A stretch of DNA of 64,000 bases from positions 17,936 to 81,935 of the forward strand of contig CACZZG010000002.1 in NCBI GenBank assembly GCA_902785645.1, read 5' to 3'. Under the pieces are notes generated by a model that was not told the DNA's origin, did no database searches, and saw only the letters and a program-made list of their open reading frames with translations. The position numbers were made by a program, and so were the translations under genes. Below are positions 39,359-49,882 of this stretch, piece after piece. The stretch's first letter is position 1; each line of letters begins with the position of its first letter. This DNA comes from an uncultured Erysipelotrichaceae bacterium. GTDB lineage: Bacteria > Bacillota_I > Bacilli_A > RFN20 > CAG-826.

Positions 39359-40432
39359 TTATTCACCAGCCATCTTCGATGTTTGGTCATAGTGAATGAG
39401 AGCATCGATGATTTCATCAAGTTCACCCTCCATGACGCGATCTAATTTTTGAATTGTGAAACCGATTCTGTGATCAGTCACACGATTTTGTGGATAGTTA
39501 TATGTTCTGATCTTTTCAGATCTTTCACCAGTACCAATTTTTAACCTTCTCTCATTACCAATTGCTTCTTGTTGTTTAGTAAGTTGATCAGTATACATTT
39601 TGGTTCTTAACATCTGCATAGCAAGTTCACGGTTTTGAATTTGCGACTTCGCGGTTTGACACGCAACAACTGTTCCGGTTGGGATGTGAGTAATTCTCAC
39701 TGCGGATTCAGTTTTATTAACGTTTTGTCCACCTGCACCTTGGGAATGGTATGTATCAATTTGTAAGTCGCTTGGATTAATTTCAATATCAATTTCTTCG
39801 GCTTCTGGCATGACTAGAACTGTAGCTGTGGAAGTATGAATTCTACCACTGGCTTCTGTCTTAGGAACGCGTTGAACACGATGGGCACCGCTTTCAAATT
39901 TGAGTTTAGAATAGACCATTTTTCCACTGATTTTGAAAGAAACTGACGCAAAACCGCCACTTTCTGAGGGGTTTTCATCTAACATTTGAATCTTCCATCC
40001 TTGTGTTTCGGCGTATCTGGTATACATACGGAAAAGGTCACCAGCAAAGATGTTGGCTTCATCTCCACCGACAGCGCCTCTAATTTCAACGATAATATCT
40101 TTGTCATCGTTAGGATCTTTTGGTAAGAGAAGTTGTTTTAATTCTTCTTCGAGTTGTTCTTGTTCTAATAACAATCTCTTATGTTCTTCTCTGCCCATTT
40201 CAGAAATCTCTGGGTCGGCATCTTCAGACATCTCTTTAGCGCCTTCGATTTCTTCTTCGTTCTTTTTATATTTTGTATATGCTTCAACTTGAGGATCTAG
40301 AACTGCTCTCTCTTTAGAGATATCACGAAAATGAGCCATGTCTTTCATGACTGTTTCGCTTGCTAATTCTTCATCTATTTCTAAAAGTCTTTTACAAGCT
40401 GTTTCTAAACGTTGTCTCATGCTTTCTTCCAT
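39359..40432 (-). CDS. prfA: Peptide chain release factor 1.
   Basis: 357 aa. GGQ motif and the RF1-type sequence context. Confidence 0.95.
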   Translation of the reverse strand: MEESMRQRLETACKRLLEIDEELASETVMKDMAHFRDISKERAVLDPQVEAYTKYKKNEEEIEGAKEMSEDADPEISEMGREEHKRLLLEQEQLEEELKQLLLPKDPNDDKDIIVEIRGAVGGDEANIFAGDLFRMYTRYAETQGWKIQMLDENPSESGGFASVSFKISGKMVYSKLKFESGAHRVQRVPKTEASGRIHTSTATVLVMPEAEEIDIEINPSDLQIDTYHSQGAGGQNVNKTESAVRITHIPTGTVVACQTAKSQIQNRELAMQMLRTKMYTDQLTKQQEAIGNERRLKIGTGERSEKIRTYNYPQNRVTDHRIGFTIQKLDRVMEGELDEIIDALIHYDQTSKMAGE

Positions 40433-40574
40433 AGTATTACCTCGTTTTCAGCGTTTAGTATTGTATCACAAGATAGACATTATAAAAAAGACACAATGTA
40501 TTTTGACTTAATATGTATATTAATTCTTTAATGGCGGCTTCCCTTTGTGTATAATCAAAAAGGGTGATTATAAA

Positions 40575-42287
40575 ATGGCATATAAGGCTCTTTATCGTAC
40601 ATATCGACCATCGACATTTGAAGAAGTTGCTGGTCAACAACACATTGTTAAAACAATTAAGAACGCATTAGCGACAGGAAAAATCGCACACGCATATCTA
40701 TTCGCAGGCCCAAGAGGCACTGGTAAAACCACAATGGCAAAACTAGTTGCCAAAGCTTTAAACTGCGAACATGGAATTGGATGCCAATGTAATGAATGTA
40801 AGAACTGCCAAGCCATTAATGATGGTACTCACCCAGACGTATTAGAAATCGACGCCGCCAGCAATAACGGTGTTGATGAAATCAGAGATTTAATTGATAA
40901 AGTCAAATATGGAACTATCTTAGGTAGATATAAAGTCTACATCATCGATGAAGTCCATATGATGACTCCAGGTGCATTTAATGCTTTGTTAAAAACATTA
41001 GAAGAGCCACCAGAACACGTCATCTTTATATTAGCCACTACTGAACCTCACAAGATCCTTCCTACCATCTTATCTCGTTGTCAAAGATATGACTTCTCAA
41101 AAGTCAGTGACGAAGATATTAGAGAAAGAATTAAAGTTATCTTAGAAAAAGAAAACATTACATATAACGAAGACGCAATTAGCTTAGTTATCTCTTTAGC
41201 TGATGGCGGAATGCGTGACGCCTTATCAATCTTAGATCAAGTTTTAGCGTATTCAGGAGATAAGCTTAACGTCAAAGATGTTTTAGATATCTTCGCCTTA
41301 GAATCAAACGAAGAAAAGATTGCTTTGATTGAATCAATCATTCACGGAGATGTTAATGATGTTTTAAATAGACTCTCTTCCTATATTGAAAGAGGTACAG
41401 ACATCAAACGTCTAACAAACGATTTGTTGTTAATGCTCAAAGATGTTCTTATCTATGGAACAAGTGGCAACACAAAGTACTTACAAATCTTAAAAGAAGA
41501 TGATGTCAGAGACTTAGCGGATGAAATTGATAACAAGAAAGCCATGGAGATGATTACCATCTTAATGGAAACACTCAAAGACTATAAAAATGTCACCGCT
41601 ATCAACCCTTTATTTGAAGTCACACTACTTAAATTAGCATCAATTCATAATCAACCAACCATTCGTCCATCAGTCATTAAGGAAGAACCTAAAGTTGAAG
41701 AAAAAGTTGAAAAAGAGCCGGTTTTTGAAAGGAAAATTGAAGAAAAACCTATCGCAAAGCCTATTATTCAACCTGAACCAGTTGTGGAAGAAGAACCCGA
41801 AGAAGATCAATTATCGTTGTTTGAAGATGATTCTGTCGCTCACGACGATACAGTTCTTTACATCAAAGACACTGAAGTTGATGACCATTACGAAATTGAT
41901 GATAAAACAATGGTTAACATTATGGTTACCAGTAAGAAAGATATTAAGAACTCTTTATTAGAGAACTGGAAGAACCTTAAACGTTTAGCCGCTCATCCAA
42001 AACTTGGTAAGACCGCTTCAATGTTAATTGATGGAAGACCGCTTGTAGTTTCTAGTAAAGCTATGATTCTTGAATATCAATCAGATTCAGTCGTAGAAAA
42101 GATGAATTTGATTAAAAATCAAAAGGATATTCAAAATGTCATTAGAACTGTCTTTGGAAAGAAGATGTTCGTCTTCGCAGTTAATAGAAAAGGTTCTATT
42201 AGCTGTCAACAAACATATATGAACTTATTACAACTTGGTAGATTACCAAAAGCCGATACCGTAAACATTGAATTCGTAGGAGATTAA
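40575..42287 (+). CDS. dnaX: DNA polymerase III subunit gamma/tau.
   Basis: Start refined to MAYKALYRTYRP (ATG 40575, RBS AAGGGTGA). AAA+ GPRGTGKTT. Zinc module CEHGIGCQCNECKNC. Confidence 0.9.
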   Translation: MAYKALYRTYRPSTFEEVAGQQHIVKTIKNALATGKIAHAYLFAGPRGTGKTTMAKLVAKALNCEHGIGCQCNECKNCQAINDGTHPDVLEIDAASNNGVDEIRDLIDKVKYGTILGRYKVYIIDEVHMMTPGAFNALLKTLEEPPEHVIFILATTEPHKILPTILSRCQRYDFSKVSDEDIRERIKVILEKENITYNEDAISLVISLADGGMRDALSILDQVLAYSGDKLNVKDVLDIFALESNEEKIALIESIIHGDVNDVLNRLSSYIERGTDIKRLTNDLLLMLKDVLIYGTSGNTKYLQILKEDDVRDLADEIDNKKAMEMITILMETLKDYKNVTAINPLFEVTLLKLASIHNQPTIRPSVIKEEPKVEEKVEKEPVFERKIEEKPIAKPIIQPEPVVEEEPEEDQLSLFEDDSVAHDDTVLYIKDTEVDDHYEIDDKTMVNIMVTSKKDIKNSLLENWKNLKRLAAHPKLGKTASMLIDGRPLVVSSKAMILEYQSDSVVEKMNLIKNQKDIQNVIRTVFGKKMFVFAVNRKGSISCQQTYMNLLQLGRLPKADTVNIEFVGD

Positions 42288-42291
42288 TTAT

Positions 42292-42597
42292 ATGAACATG
42301 CAACAAATGATGATCCAAGCTCAAAAGATGCAAAGACAATTAAACAAAGCTCTTGAAGAACTTGCGAAACAAGAATTCACCACTAATAAAAGTGGCGCTG
42401 TCACTATCACTATGATGGGTGATTGCACACTCAAATCAATTGAAATTGATGAAGATGCTTTTGATAAAGACAATCAAGAGATGGTTCAAGACTTAATCGT
42501 TATGGGTGTTAATGAACTCAGAGAAAAAGTCGAAGCCGCAAAAGAAGAAATTCAAGAAAGAATAACTGGATCTAAAACTGGATTCGGAGGATTTTAA
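42292..42597 (+). CDS. ybaB: Nucleoid-associated protein YbaB/EbfC.
   Basis: 101 aa. MNMQQMMIQAQKMQ... family signature. Confidence 0.9.
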   Translation: MNMQQMMIQAQKMQRQLNKALEELAKQEFTTNKSGAVTITMMGDCTLKSIEIDEDAFDKDNQEMVQDLIVMGVNELREKVEAAKEEIQERITGSKTGFGGF

Positions 42598-43193
42598 TGG
42601 AAAAGCTTAATGCTTTAATTAGACTTCAAGAATCATTAGCTAAGCTACCAAGCGTCGGCAAGAAAAGCGCTGAAAGAATGGCTTATGCTCTTTTAGAAAT
42701 GGATGATGAAGATCTATTAGAGTTTTCTGATGCAATTAGAGAATTAAAATCCAAAATTCATACATGTCCGATATGTGGAAACATCACCGAAGATGATGAA
42801 TGTTATATATGCAAAGATAATGATAGAGACAGAACTACAGTTATGGTTGTCTCATCACCTAAAGACATTATGGCGTTTGAAAACGCTGAAGAATATAAAG
42901 GCTTATATCACGTATTAGGTGGAACAATATCTCTTTCCAAAGGAAAAGGTATTGATGATTTAAATATTCCGTCATTAATTAAGCGTGTTGAACAAGGTGA
43001 AATTAAAGAAGTTATCATCGCCACAAATCCAACTGTGGATGGAGAAACAACCGCTTTATATTTAGCCAAATTATTAGAAAACAAAAATGTTAATGTTACC
43101 CGTTTAGCCTATGGCTTACCAATGGGTGGAAATCTTGATTACGCTGATTCTTTAACTCTTGCAAAAGCCGTTGAAGGAAGAAGAAAAATCTAG
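42597..43193 (+). CDS. recR: Recombination protein RecR.
   Basis: 198 aa. HhH, C4 zinc finger CPICGN...CYIC, Toprim domain. Confidence 0.95.
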   Translation: MEKLNALIRLQESLAKLPSVGKKSAERMAYALLEMDDEDLLEFSDAIRELKSKIHTCPICGNITEDDECYICKDNDRDRTTVMVVSSPKDIMAFENAEEYKGLYHVLGGTISLSKGKGIDDLNIPSLIKRVEQGEIKEVIIATNPTVDGETTALYLAKLLENKNVNVTRLAYGLPMGGNLDYADSLTLAKAVEGRRKI

Positions 43194-43204
43194 GAGGAAA
43201 CTTT

Positions 43205-43825
43205 ATGTTTATTACCTTAGAAGGACCAGAAGGATCTGGAAAAACTACCGCTGTTGAAGCAGCAGTGAAAAAATTACAAGAAATGGGTTATGAAATTGTT
43301 CGCACAAGAGAACCAGGTGGAACTCCAATCTCTGAACAAATTCGTAATGTTATTTTAGATAAAGAAAACACCGCTATGGATGGAAGAACTGAAGCATTAC
43401 TTTACGCTGCCAGTAGAAGACAACATCTCGTGGAAAAAGTTTGGCCTGCCTTAAAAGAAGGTAAGATTGTCATTTGTGATCGTTATTTAGATTCTTCTTT
43501 AGCTTATCAAGGCGGCGCAAGAGGATTAGGAATTGATGAAATCTTAAACATCAATTTATTTGCCACAGAAAATACCTGGCCAGATTTAACATTATTATTT
43601 GATATCAAACCAGAAATTGGTTTAGCCAGAATCAGCGCTAACGCAAATAGAGAAGTTAATCGTCTAGACTTAGAGAAATTAGACTTCCATAACAAAGTTA
43701 GAGAGTCATTTTTACAATTAGCAAAACGTTGGCCAGAAAGATTTGTCATCATTGATGCCAGTCTCGACCGTGAAACCGTTGCTAAAAACACTATGGAGGC
43801 CATCTTGTCTCGCTTATGCAAGTAG
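43205..43825 (+). CDS. tmk: Thymidylate kinase.
   Basis: 206 aa. MFITLEGPEGSGKTT P-loop, DRY motif. Confidence 0.9.
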   Translation: MFITLEGPEGSGKTTAVEAAVKKLQEMGYEIVRTREPGGTPISEQIRNVILDKENTAMDGRTEALLYAASRRQHLVEKVWPALKEGKIVICDRYLDSSLAYQGGARGLGIDEILNINLFATENTWPDLTLLFDIKPEIGLARISANANREVNRLDLEKLDFHNKVRESFLQLAKRWPERFVIIDASLDRETVAKNTMEAILSRLCK

Positions 43826-44808
43826 CGAAATATCTCGAGACAAAGCAACCTATTATTTATCGCACATTTGTGCGATCTTTACAAAACAAGCATCTTTCGC
43901 ATGCTTATCTTATCAGTGGAAATCCTGGAACACCACTTCTTGATGTCGCTAAATTTTTAGCGAAATCTATCTTATGTGATAACCCAGAACCACTTGCTTG
44001 TAATAACTGTATTACCTGTTTAAGAATTGATGACAATAACTATCCAGACTTTATCGTTTTAGATGGTTCAAAAAAGAACATTAAAAAAGAAGAAGTTGAC
44101 AATATTGAAACACAATTTGAAAAGACTGCTTTTGAAGCTAAAGGAATCATGATTTATATTCTCCATCTCGTTGAGAATATGTCTGTGGAAGCTATTAATA
44201 GCATTCTTAAATTCTTAGAAGAACCAGAAAGTGAAATATATGCTTTCTTAACCACAAATAATGAGAACAATGTCTTGCCCACTATTATTTCTCGTTGCCA
44301 GCTATTAAGACTTAAATTAGTGGATAGAAAAGAAGTAATTAACGATGCTATTAGTCTTAATGTTCCTAAGGAAGATGCTGAACTATTGTCTTATTTCTAT
44401 AATGATGGTGAATTAATCTATGATGTCTTAGATAGCAAAGACGAAAAGAATGATTATGAAGACGCTAAGAAAGCTTTCGTAGATTTTTTAGAAGCTTTAA
44501 ATAAAGAAGATAAAAGAGAAGCGATATATTACGCTCAATCATCCATCATTCCTTTAGTTAAAACTAAGGAAAGTGCTAGATTCTTCCTTGATATGCTTGT
44601 GGAAGGATTTGAAGATATATTAAATATTCAACAAGGTAAGTCGCCAATGCTAGAGTCTTATGGTACAATTCTACAAGGCCTTGCCTCTTCACTCACAAGA
44701 GTGGACGAATGTTTAATTGAAATATTAAAAGATCGAAACTTAATAAACTTGAATGTTAATACATCTCTATTGATGGACCATTTGGTTTTTAACATCATAA
44801 AGGAGTAA
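43816..44808 (+). CDS. holB: DNA polymerase III delta-prime subunit.
   Basis: 330 aa. AAA+-like HAYLISGNPG and a CxxC zinc module. Positioned after tmk as in Bacillus. Confidence 0.8.
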   Translation: MQVAKYLETKQPIIYRTFVRSLQNKHLSHAYLISGNPGTPLLDVAKFLAKSILCDNPEPLACNNCITCLRIDDNNYPDFIVLDGSKKNIKKEEVDNIETQFEKTAFEAKGIMIYILHLVENMSVEAINSILKFLEEPESEIYAFLTTNNENNVLPTIISRCQLLRLKLVDRKEVINDAISLNVPKEDAELLSYFYNDGELIYDVLDSKDEKNDYEDAKKAFVDFLEALNKEDKREAIYYAQSSIIPLVKTKESARFFLDMLVEGFEDILNIQQGKSPMLESYGTILQGLASSLTRVDECLIEILKDRNLINLNVNTSLLMDHLVFNIIKE

Positions 44809-44810
44809 GT

Positions 44811-45689
44811 ATGATTACAAAAGAAAACGACGAAAATAGAATTGATAACTCAAAATATAAATACTTCGTGGGAGTAAAGTTTTTCAATACCCCTAGAGCG
44901 TACTTTTTTGGTCTTGAAGAAGAAAACCCATTAGTGGTTGGAGATAAGGTTATCGTTGAAACCATGCGTGGATTAGAACTTGGTGAAATCGCTATCGAAC
45001 CAATCAGCATTGATAAATATGAAAGTAACTTGGGCTTAAAGCCAATCCTAAGAAGAGCAAATGATGTCGATGTAAAAATATACGAATCTAATCAAAAAGA
45101 CGCTAAAACTGCGCTAGAAATTAGTAAAAGCGAAGCAGAAAAGCTTGGTTTAGATATGAATTTCGTCTCTTGTGAATACACATTAGATAAGACGAAAGTT
45201 TTATTATCATATGTCGCTGATGATAGAGTCGACTTCCGTGAATTATTAAAATCATTAGCAAGCAAACTCCACACCAGAATTGAATTAAGGCAAATTGGTT
45301 CCCGTGATAAAGCTAAGATGATTGGCGGTATCGGTATCTGTGGTCTTCCACTTTGCTGTTCCACATTCTTAAATGAATTTGATGGTATTTCCATTAACCG
45401 TGCGAAGAACCAAATGCTCGCGATTAATATTCCTAAATTATCCGGTCACTGTGGTAAATTAATTTGCTGCTTAAAATACGAAGATGACATCTATAGTGAA
45501 CAAAGAAAGAACTTCCCTGAACTAGGAACAAAATTATTCATCGATAAAGTTGAATACACTGTCACAGGTGTCAATATTATTTCCAAAGTTGTAAAGATTG
45601 AAAACACCGAAGATGTGAAGTTCATTCCTTTAGATGATTTAAATAAGCAAACACGTTGGAGAAGACGTCAAGACTATGAAAAGAAATAA
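44811..45689 (+). CDS. ricT: PSP1-domain protein YaaT/RicT (stage 0 sporulation/regulatory iron-sulfur protein).
   Basis: 292 aa. Cys-rich PSP1 core (CGLPLCCSTFL...CGKLICCLKYE). Conserved position after holB. Confidence 0.8.
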   Translation: MITKENDENRIDNSKYKYFVGVKFFNTPRAYFFGLEEENPLVVGDKVIVETMRGLELGEIAIEPISIDKYESNLGLKPILRRANDVDVKIYESNQKDAKTALEISKSEAEKLGLDMNFVSCEYTLDKTKVLLSYVADDRVDFRELLKSLASKLHTRIELRQIGSRDKAKMIGGIGICGLPLCCSTFLNEFDGISINRAKNQMLAINIPKLSGHCGKLICCLKYEDDIYSEQRKNFPELGTKLFIDKVEYTVTGVNIISKVVKIENTEDVKFIPLDDLNKQTRWRRRQDYEKK

Positions 45690-46524
45690 AAGTTTTGATA
45701 AATCCACTCCACTTTTATATCTTGTCGCAACACCTATTGGAAACTTAGGTGAAATGAGTAAAAGAGCACTAGATACATTAAACGAAATGGATCTAATTGC
45801 TGCGGAAGATACAAGGAATACTTTTATGCTTTTATCCCAATATGGGATAAAGAAAGAATTATTCTCTTTAAGAGAGCATAATGAAACAACTGCTTCCAAA
45901 CATATTATTGGTTTAATTAAACAAGGCAAGAAAGTTGCTTATGTTAGCGACGCTGGATACCCAGGTATTAGTGATCCTGGTTATTTATTAGTCAAAGAAG
46001 CCATTCAAAACGACATCGCGGTTTCCACTATCTCTGGAAGTTCCGCTTTCATCAACGCTCTTGTGGCGTCAGGACTTCCAACCGACCACTTCTATTTCTA
46101 CGGATTCTTATCCAAGAAAGGAAACGAAGCAAGACAAGCTCTTGAAGCACTCAAGGATAGAGAAGAAACTCTTATCTTTTATGAGTCACCACACCATATT
46201 AAAGAAACGATTCTTTTAATGAGTGATATCTTCCAAGATAGAGAGGCAGTCATCGCTAGAGAGTTAACAAAACTTAATGAAGAATATATCAGAGGCTCTT
46301 TATTAGAACTTAAAGATTTAGATTTTTCCACTTTAAAAGGAGAGATGGTAATTCTCATTCATGGATTAGAAAAATCAAATGATGATATATCCGATGAGGT
46401 GATTATCAAAAGATTACAATTCTGTATTTCAAAAGGAGCCACAAAAAAAGCCGCTATAGAAATCGTTTGCGACGAACTTAAACTCCACAAGAACAGAGTC
46501 TATAAATTAGCGCAAAACCTCTAA
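45676..46524 (+). CDS. rsmI: 16S rRNA (cytidine1402-2'-O)-methyltransferase RsmI.
   Basis: 282 aa. LYLVATPIGNLGE tetrapyrrole-methylase-fold start. Confidence 0.85.
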   Translation: MKRNKSFDKSTPLLYLVATPIGNLGEMSKRALDTLNEMDLIAAEDTRNTFMLLSQYGIKKELFSLREHNETTASKHIIGLIKQGKKVAYVSDAGYPGISDPGYLLVKEAIQNDIAVSTISGSSAFINALVASGLPTDHFYFYGFLSKKGNEARQALEALKDREETLIFYESPHHIKETILLMSDIFQDREAVIARELTKLNEEYIRGSLLELKDLDFSTLKGEMVILIHGLEKSNDDISDEVIIKRLQFCISKGATKKAAIEIVCDELKLHKNRVYKLAQNL

Positions 46525-46548
46525 AATAAGCGGTTTTTGCTAGAAAAA

Positions 46549-49500
46549 TTAACGTTGAAGAAGGAAGAAGGTGTCTCTTCTTCTTTTTTTAGAGTCTAAA
46601 TATAAATAACCAATCATCGAAGATAGGTAGATAGTTAAACCCGCCATTGAAATATATGAAGCAATTGAAAGGTAAGGAGTATAGAACTCTAATTCATATG
46701 AGCAGGCTCCCTTACCACTGATAAACGATACAAATCCACCTTGACCATTAAAGACTTTAACATCGCTTTTCTTTCCGTTTTCATCTTTCATTTTCAAAGT
46801 AAAACCATCTTCATAAGCAAGTCTTGTGACTACAACTCTTTCTTGATCAAAGTTTGTTTTAAATTTATATGTGTTCGCACTGCTCTTAACATCTGTTACA
46901 ACATATTGTTTTAAGCGTTGATAGTTCTCTGTATATTGTGTGGCTTTTTCTACATACATAGAGAAAGAATTACTCATCTTATTTGATCTAGAAGCAATAA
47001 TGACTTTACTGATTTTTGGTGCGTCAGCGATTTTATAGACATGGCCATTTTCATCTAAACCGTATTTAGGTGCAACATAGAAGGAACGATATTCTTTTCC
47101 ACTACGGTAAGAGTTATAGAAGCCATCATTATGGTTGTCATAAGTGACAATTTGGTTATTATCATCTACGAGATAAATATCAACATCATATTGGTCGTAA
47201 TAGTTTGCAGTGATGTAATAAATATTCCCGTTAGGATCATAGTTAACGAAGGAGTTGTTATAAGCTTGAATGACCGCTACATATTTACGATACTCAAAGT
47301 CACTAGTCATGACACTTCCGCTTTTTTCAAACTCTGAAGACAAGTTTAAATTGAGATATTCTTTAGCTTTTAATTCTAATGAATTAACTTTCTTACCGCT
47401 ATCATTAACACCACTTAAAATATTGTAGTAAGTGATATATGGTGAGGTGTAAATAGTTTTACCCGGTTGATATCTAGCAATACTAACAAGACGATAGTTA
47501 TTTTTAAGGACTGGTTTTTCAACATTGATATGAGGATATTTCTCTTGAATCTCTTCAATTAATCCTTTGCTGTTGTTCTTATTAACAATCGCGCCTTTGT
47601 TATATAGATCTTCAATCTCTAATGTCTTTTTATAACTAGAAACATATAAATCTTCATATTCATCTGCGACCTTTGGATCGCCATCAGTTGGATAGATGGT
47701 GTCATAGGTCAAAGCAAAATCAATATAGTCAGTGTTCTTAAATACTTTAAAACCATCTGCGTTCTTATATTCATCAGTTACATCAATATAATTAAGTGGA
47801 ACATTATAACGGAAGCTTTCACTACTAGCTTCCTTTCTACTTTGGTATTTAAAATAATCATCTTCAACATAGTAATATTTGATGCCAAGAAGGTCATCTA
47901 AGTTATGTCTCTTTTGAATGAATACACCACTCCAACTTCCTGGAGCTGTTCCACCAGTGAGAGATGACCAGTTAGATATATCAGCAGTATTGTAGTTATA
48001 AACTGAATGGAAGAAATTAGCACCATTATATCCATTTCGCATTCCATCATTATTTGCGCTTCCAGAAGCCAAGGAAGAATAACTACGATAATATGACTTG
48101 TCCTTCTTTCTTGTTTGCATTACTAAAGCATGAAGTGTGTCATTTTTAATCACACCTTTATTTGTGTAATAGTAATTTTCCACACCATGTCCTTGAATAA
48201 CAAAGGCGCCCATTGCTGCTATTTCAAAGACAATGAATCCAGTAAAAACTGCGTAAAAGTTGATTTTTTTGATGTTTTTCGCCAAAACAAAGGCAATTAG
48301 CATCAATGATACATAAACTATTTCTAAGACAACTGCTAACCAGATAGGAACTCTTTCTTTAAAGTTGTCACTATATTCGGTCACAATCTTATTTGCTGCT
48401 AATCCGGCGGCAACAATCATGATGATGATAAATCCCCATCCTAACAACAAATCAGTGAATGGTTTTTTATCCATTTTGTCCAAATATAAACCCGTATAAG
48501 CAAGGATTGATGTCACCACAAAGATAGTCCATCTAGAATAGGCTTGTGTGAAACCATGGAACAAGTAATAGAAGGTTGGTGTGAACAGCGCAAAGACAAA
48601 GAACACAACGGGAACAATGACGGAGAAGTGTTTGTTCTTTAAAGAATCTTTAAAAGCAGGAACTAATAACATTGTCATTGGTAAGAAACAATAGAACGAA
48701 CCAGCGACATTGTCATATGTTTCATTTCCATACACTGTTAATGGTGTTCCACGATCGCTTGTAACTGGAAAAATGAAATCAATAAATGGATATAATCCTC
48801 TAGCTTTGTTTTGATTTGTTACTACAAATTCTGCATTTGGTTTATATGTCCATTTTGTTAATACTTCAAAGATCATTTTAAAGTTGTGAGCTTTAAATGC
48901 ATCTTTAAGATTTGTTAAGTAATTATTGTTTTCCGCTCTTGGGGATGTGAGTGCGTGCATGATTGATGGAAATATGACCATCATTGGTAATAATAGACCC
49001 ACTGCAAAACCAAGGAATCCCATGCCGAGAATAATTAAGTTATCCTTCCAGTTATTTAATCTTATGCGTTGAACGTAGCGGAACATTGCATATAAGAACG
49101 CACACATAATTAAACATACACAGAAGAAATAGTTAGTGAATCCCATTAAACAAATTGCACCAGCAAGCAACCAAGGTTTCTTTGTTCTGAGTACTCTTTC
49201 AATACCTAATAAAATCAGAGGAAACACTATTGCTATCTCAGTAAAGTGGTTGAACCACAAATACCATGTCATCCAACCAGAGAAGGCATAAGCAATACCA
49301 GTAATTTTACTAGCTCTTCTTGATGCACCCATGTAGCGCATATATAAGAAGAACACCATTCCACTTGCGGATATTTTAAGGATTGTTAATACCGCCATTC
49401 CTTGAGGTATTAATTGTCTTGGACATAATAATATCGGCATGAAGAATGGATCGAATAAATAATAGAAAGAATTACTTCCAATATTATCAACACCTAAGTA

Positions 49501-49770
49501 GGTATTTTGGTCATATAAAACAAACTCGCCGGTAGTAAAAAAGTGCCACCAATCATCATAACCATTGGTGTAGAAAGCGATTTGTTGAGCGGTATAGTCA
49601 CCAGTGAATGGTGTGGTGAAATAATTGATAAATAAAGACGAACAAAAGAAGACTACGCCTAACAAAAGTAAAAATAGATAATAATAAAACATTGAATGAA
49701 TATTCTTCATCCAACTGGGCAAATATTCTTTAAATGATTTCTTTTGTTTTATAACTATCTCGTTGCCCAT
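46549..49770 (-). CDS. YfhO-family integral membrane protein (GT-C-type glycosyltransferase-like) with a large extracytoplasmic C-terminal domain.
   Basis: 1073 aa. At least 12 N-terminal TM helices with the YfhO-type start. Long Asn/Tyr-rich C-terminal domain and a final TM helix. Confidence 0.6.
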   Translation of the reverse strand: MGNEIVIKQKKSFKEYLPSWMKNIHSMFYYYLFLLLLGVVFFCSSLFINYFTTPFTGDYTAQQIAFYTNGYDDWWHFFTTGEFVLYDQNTYLGVDNIGSNSFYYLFDPFFMPILLCPRQLIPQGMAVLTILKISASGMVFFLYMRYMGASRRASKITGIAYAFSGWMTWYLWFNHFTEIAIVFPLILLGIERVLRTKKPWLLAGAICLMGFTNYFFCVCLIMCAFLYAMFRYVQRIRLNNWKDNLIILGMGFLGFAVGLLLPMMVIFPSIMHALTSPRAENNNYLTNLKDAFKAHNFKMIFEVLTKWTYKPNAEFVVTNQNKARGLYPFIDFIFPVTSDRGTPLTVYGNETYDNVAGSFYCFLPMTMLLVPAFKDSLKNKHFSVIVPVVFFVFALFTPTFYYLFHGFTQAYSRWTIFVVTSILAYTGLYLDKMDKKPFTDLLLGWGFIIIMIVAAGLAANKIVTEYSDNFKERVPIWLAVVLEIVYVSLMLIAFVLAKNIKKINFYAVFTGFIVFEIAAMGAFVIQGHGVENYYYTNKGVIKNDTLHALVMQTRKKDKSYYRSYSSLASGSANNDGMRNGYNGANFFHSVYNYNTADISNWSSLTGGTAPGSWSGVFIQKRHNLDDLLGIKYYYVEDDYFKYQSRKEASSESFRYNVPLNYIDVTDEYKNADGFKVFKNTDYIDFALTYDTIYPTDGDPKVADEYEDLYVSSYKKTLEIEDLYNKGAIVNKNNSKGLIEEIQEKYPHINVEKPVLKNNYRLVSIARYQPGKTIYTSPYITYYNILSGVNDSGKKVNSLELKAKEYLNLNLSSEFEKSGSVMTSDFEYRKYVAVIQAYNNSFVNYDPNGNIYYITANYYDQYDVDIYLVDDNNQIVTYDNHNDGFYNSYRSGKEYRSFYVAPKYGLDENGHVYKIADAPKISKVIIASRSNKMSNSFSMYVEKATQYTENYQRLKQYVVTDVKSSANTYKFKTNFDQERVVVTRLAYEDGFTLKMKDENGKKSDVKVFNGQGGFVSFISGKGACSYELEFYTPYLSIASYISMAGLTIYLSSMIGYLYLDSKKRRRDTFFLLQR
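46564..46590 (+). terminator. Terminator of the dnaX-rsmI operon, lying inside the last codons of the convergent yfhO-like gene.
   Basis: GAAGAAGgtgtctCTTCTTCttttttt. Confidence 0.6.
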
Positions 49771-49882
49771 AAACTAGCGCTTATTACATATTATACACAT
49801 ATATACGCACATTTATTTTTCTTTTTCTTGCAATTTACTTTATCCTTTTCTATCATAGAAAAGATTTTTTGGAGGTAGTCTT

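Noticed and set aside
40433-40574. Looked for the SRP (4.5S/scRNA) gene that sits upstream of dnaX in Bacillus.
   Set aside because: The 140-bp spacer is AT-rich, with no GC-rich helix or the conserved domain-IV motif. Only a promoter-like TTGTGTATAAT and an RBS are present.
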